From an uncultured delta proteobacterium (GTDB taxonomy: Bacteria; Desulfobacterota; Binatia; DP-6), in NCBI GenBank assembly GCA_963815115.1, contig CAWFFN010000005.1, forward strand, positions 480,001 through 544,000: a DNA stretch of 64,000 nucleotides, written 5' to 3'. The position numbers and the translations under genes were made by a program. This document shows positions 61,876-64,000 of the stretch, one piece after another; position 1 is the stretch's first letter; every line of letters begins with the position of its first letter. A model generated the notes under the pieces. That model was not told the origin of the DNA, ran no database searches, and worked only from the letters and a program-made list of their open reading frames with translations.

Positions 61876-62343
61876 TCAGAGAGGCTGGGGGACGCGCGCG
61901 CGCCGGCCGAGACCGATCGGGCGGCCGATGGCGCGGGTTCGCGAGCCGCTCAGGCGCCGGAAGGGATGGCGATGCGGGACGCGCACCCCGGGATGCGCGC
62001 GCTGGTCGTCGCGCCAGCGCTTGAGCCCCTGCCGCAGGTATGCCGCATCGAGCCCCAGGGAGTCACAGATGTTGTCGAAGCTGCACGGCCAGTTGCCCTC
62101 GTCCGATCCGACCCACTCCTCCGCCTCGCGGAAGAGCCGGCGGCCGCGCCGCCCGCTGTCGGCGACGTAGCGCTGGAAGGTGACGACCGCCTCCTCCAGC
62201 ACCGCCAGCAGCAGCCGCTTCTCGGGGACGATCGAGGCGTCGGGGGCGAGCCCGCCGAACAGCTGCACGGGAAGAACGGTCCCGGGTTCGAGCTCCACGC
62301 CGGTGCTCGACGCGTCGCGGCTACGACTACGCGCTGCGTCCAT
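61876..62343 (-). CDS. Conserved hypothetical helical protein (EKRL.LAVLE.A family)
   Basis: EPGTVLPVQ, PEKRLLLAVLEEA, EAEEWV, SFDNICDSLGLD..YLR. Confidence 0.8.
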   Translation of the reverse strand: MDAARSRSRDASSTGVELEPGTVLPVQLFGGLAPDASIVPEKRLLLAVLEEAVVTFQRYVADSGRRGRRLFREAEEWVGSDEGNWPCSFDNICDSLGLDAAYLRQGLKRWRDDQRAHPGVRVPHRHPFRRLSGSRTRAIGRPIGLGRRARVPQPL

Positions 62344-62382
62344 CGCTCCGGAGATTCGCATAGCTGCCGCCTCAGGTCAAGT

Positions 62383-62437
62383 TCAACAGCTGTTCATTTC
62401 CTAATCGCAATCTGAACCGCGGTTCATTATCTTGACA
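62383..62437. promoter_or_regulatory. AT-rich divergent promoter with two T(G/C)AAC-N4-GTTCA palindromes
   Basis: TCAACAGCTGTTCA (62383-62396), perfect TGAACCGCGGTTCA (62413-62426), TTGACA (62432-62437). Confidence 0.6.
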
Positions 62438-62596
62438 CATAGTCCTCAACTAGGTACCGAGCGATGAGGGCCACCGGGCCCCTCCAGCCCCTGGATCGCA
62501 GACACCTCCCCTTGGGTCTTGTATGTTCTTGCCATTCGCGATGGGATGATCGTGGCCCAGCATCTATCCCACAACTCCAGAGGCGAGCAGCACGAG

Positions 62597-63508
62597 ATGG
62601 ACGATTCGGCGACGGGCGGCATGCTGTCGATCGGCGCGCTGGCGCGCGCCACCTCGATCCGGGTGGAGACGTTACGGACGTGGGAGCGGCGCTACGGCTA
62701 TCCGATTCCGGAGCGCAAGCCCTCCGGCCACCGCGTCTATCCGGTCGCGAGCGTGTCCCGCCTGCGCCGGATCGTCCAGGCGCTGGCGAGCGGCCACCGG
62801 CCGAGCGAGGTGGTCTCGGCCTCGGAGTCCGCGTTGCGAGCGCTGCTCAAGACCGTGCCCGACCGACCGTTGCCCGAGCTGGTCTCGTCCGAGGGCGTGC
62901 AGCTCGCCGACCAGCTCGACGCCGTGCGTGGATTCGATGGGCCGACGCTGACCCGCCGCCTGCTTGCGGAGTGGGCGCGTCTCGGTCCGCTCGAGTTCCT
63001 GACCACCACCGTGGCGCCGCTGGTGAGCGCCGTCGGCGCGTGCTGGGAGTCGGGCACGCTCGAGGTCTGCCACGAGCATTTCCTGAGCGAGCGCGTGAGC
63101 GACGTGCTGCGGGTGCTGCGGTTGCCGTTCGAGGAGCGTGCCAGAGGGCCGCTGGTCGTGCTCGCGTCGCTCCCCGGCGAGCAGCACTCGCTCGGCCTCC
63201 ACATGGCCGCGCTGGTCCTCGCAACCTCCCACTGTCCGACGGTCGTGCTGGGCACCGAGGTTCCCACGCGGGAGATCGCCGAGGTGGCGCGCGATCTCTC
63301 CGCGCGGGCCGTCGGCATCAGCGTCTCGGTGGCGACGGGCGGGGGCCCGACCTCGCGCAAGCTGCGCGCGCTCCGCGAGCTCCTGCCGAGGCGGATCGGG
63401 CTGCTCGTGGGCGGGGATGGGGCTCGTCGCAGCGGCCAGGGCATCACGCTGGTCCGCGGGCTGCCCGCCCTCGAGATGTGGGCCCGGCAGGCGGCGGGAA
63501 CGACCTGA
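62597..63508 (+). CDS. carH: MerR-family regulator with cobalamin-binding domain (CarH/LitR-type)
   Basis: SIGALARAT..TLRTWERRYG.P.PER..GHRVY, W-x9-EH (WESGTLEVCHEH), B12 motif GEQHSLG. Confidence 0.82.
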   Translation: MDDSATGGMLSIGALARATSIRVETLRTWERRYGYPIPERKPSGHRVYPVASVSRLRRIVQALASGHRPSEVVSASESALRALLKTVPDRPLPELVSSEGVQLADQLDAVRGFDGPTLTRRLLAEWARLGPLEFLTTTVAPLVSAVGACWESGTLEVCHEHFLSERVSDVLRVLRLPFEERARGPLVVLASLPGEQHSLGLHMAALVLATSHCPTVVLGTEVPTREIAEVARDLSARAVGISVSVATGGGPTSRKLRALRELLPRRIGLLVGGDGARRSGQGITLVRGLPALEMWARQAAGTT

Positions 63509-63527
63509 CGAACCGAAGCGGCCGCGC

Positions 63528-64000
63528 TCAGTGGAAGAAGTGGCCGCCGTTCACGTCGAGCGCCTGGCCCGTGATCGCGCGGGCGAGATCGGAGGCGAGC
63601 AGCACGACCGCGTCGGCCACCTCGGCGGAGTCGGGGATGTGTCGCAGCGCGGTGCGCGATGCGATGTCGTCGTGCACGCTCTCGTATGAGACGCCGCGCT
63701 CCGTGGCCAGGTGCCGGAAGTAGGCCTCCATCTTCGCGCTCCAGATGTAGCCCGGCACCACCGAGTTCACCCGGATGCCCGCCGGGCCGAGCTCCTTGGC
63801 GAGCGTCTGGGCCGCGGTCATGAGGGCCCCCTTCGAGGCGGCATAGCCGCCCATGAGCGGCTCGACGATGCGGACCGACATGGAGTTGACGAAGACGATC
63901 GCGCCGCCCCCCCGTGCCTTCATGGTGGGGACCACCGCCTGCGTGAGCCGCAGCGCGCCGAACAGGTTCACCTCGAAGATGCGCCTCCAGTCGTCCAGGT
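63528..64000 (-). CDS. SDR oxidoreductase (5' end outside the window)
   Basis: YAASKG, IRVNSVVPG, ITGQALDVNGG. Confidence 0.92.
   Translation of the reverse strand, partial: LDDWRRIFEVNLFGALRLTQAVVPTMKARGGGAIVFVNSMSVRIVEPLMGGYAASKGALMTAAQTLAKELGPAGIRVNSVVPGYIWSAKMEAYFRHLATERGVSYESVHDDIASRTALRHIPDSAEVADAVVLLASDLARAITGQALDVNGGHFFH

Noticed and set aside
62460-62596. Possible cobalamin riboswitch ahead of the B12-binding regulator
   Set aside because: No recognisable cobalamin riboswitch consensus elements were seen.

Overview
A very GC-rich bacterial chromosomal segment with about 58 CDS; no rRNA, tRNA or CRISPR array was seen. The gene mix (several LLM/F420-type oxidoreductases, amidohydrolases, SDRs, Cys-rich secreted proteins) suggests a Candidatus Binatia/Myxococcota-like soil organism (inference). 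Main contents: an NfeD-SPFH pair; an actinobacterial-type sterol side-chain cluster (echA19, ltp3, ltp4, two DUF35 OB-fold genes); a tandem heme-oxygenase-like (PqqC/CADD-fold) protein coupled to a methyltransferase; a Ycf46-like AAA ATPase; a hidden AhpD-type selenoprotein candidate (in-frame UGA in a CxxU motif plus a SECIS-like hairpin) beside an HxlR/CMD pair; secreted proteins sharing an uncharacterised six-Cys C-terminal domain; an RHH-PemK/MazF TA pair; a TetR-controlled 8-gene catabolic operon; a degenerate reverse-orientation integron (intI, four attC sites, GFA, hypothetical, BrnTA and truncated DHFR-like cassettes); a collagen-like protein; an orphan MerB-like lyase; a secreted SurE; a beta-propeller/di-haem cytochrome c protein; a KirBac channel; and an ACP-fusion plus hypothetical gene divergent from a B12-binding CarH/LitR-type regulator. 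Four single-base frameshifts suggest residual sequencing errors. All family calls come from motif recognition by eye, not database searches.
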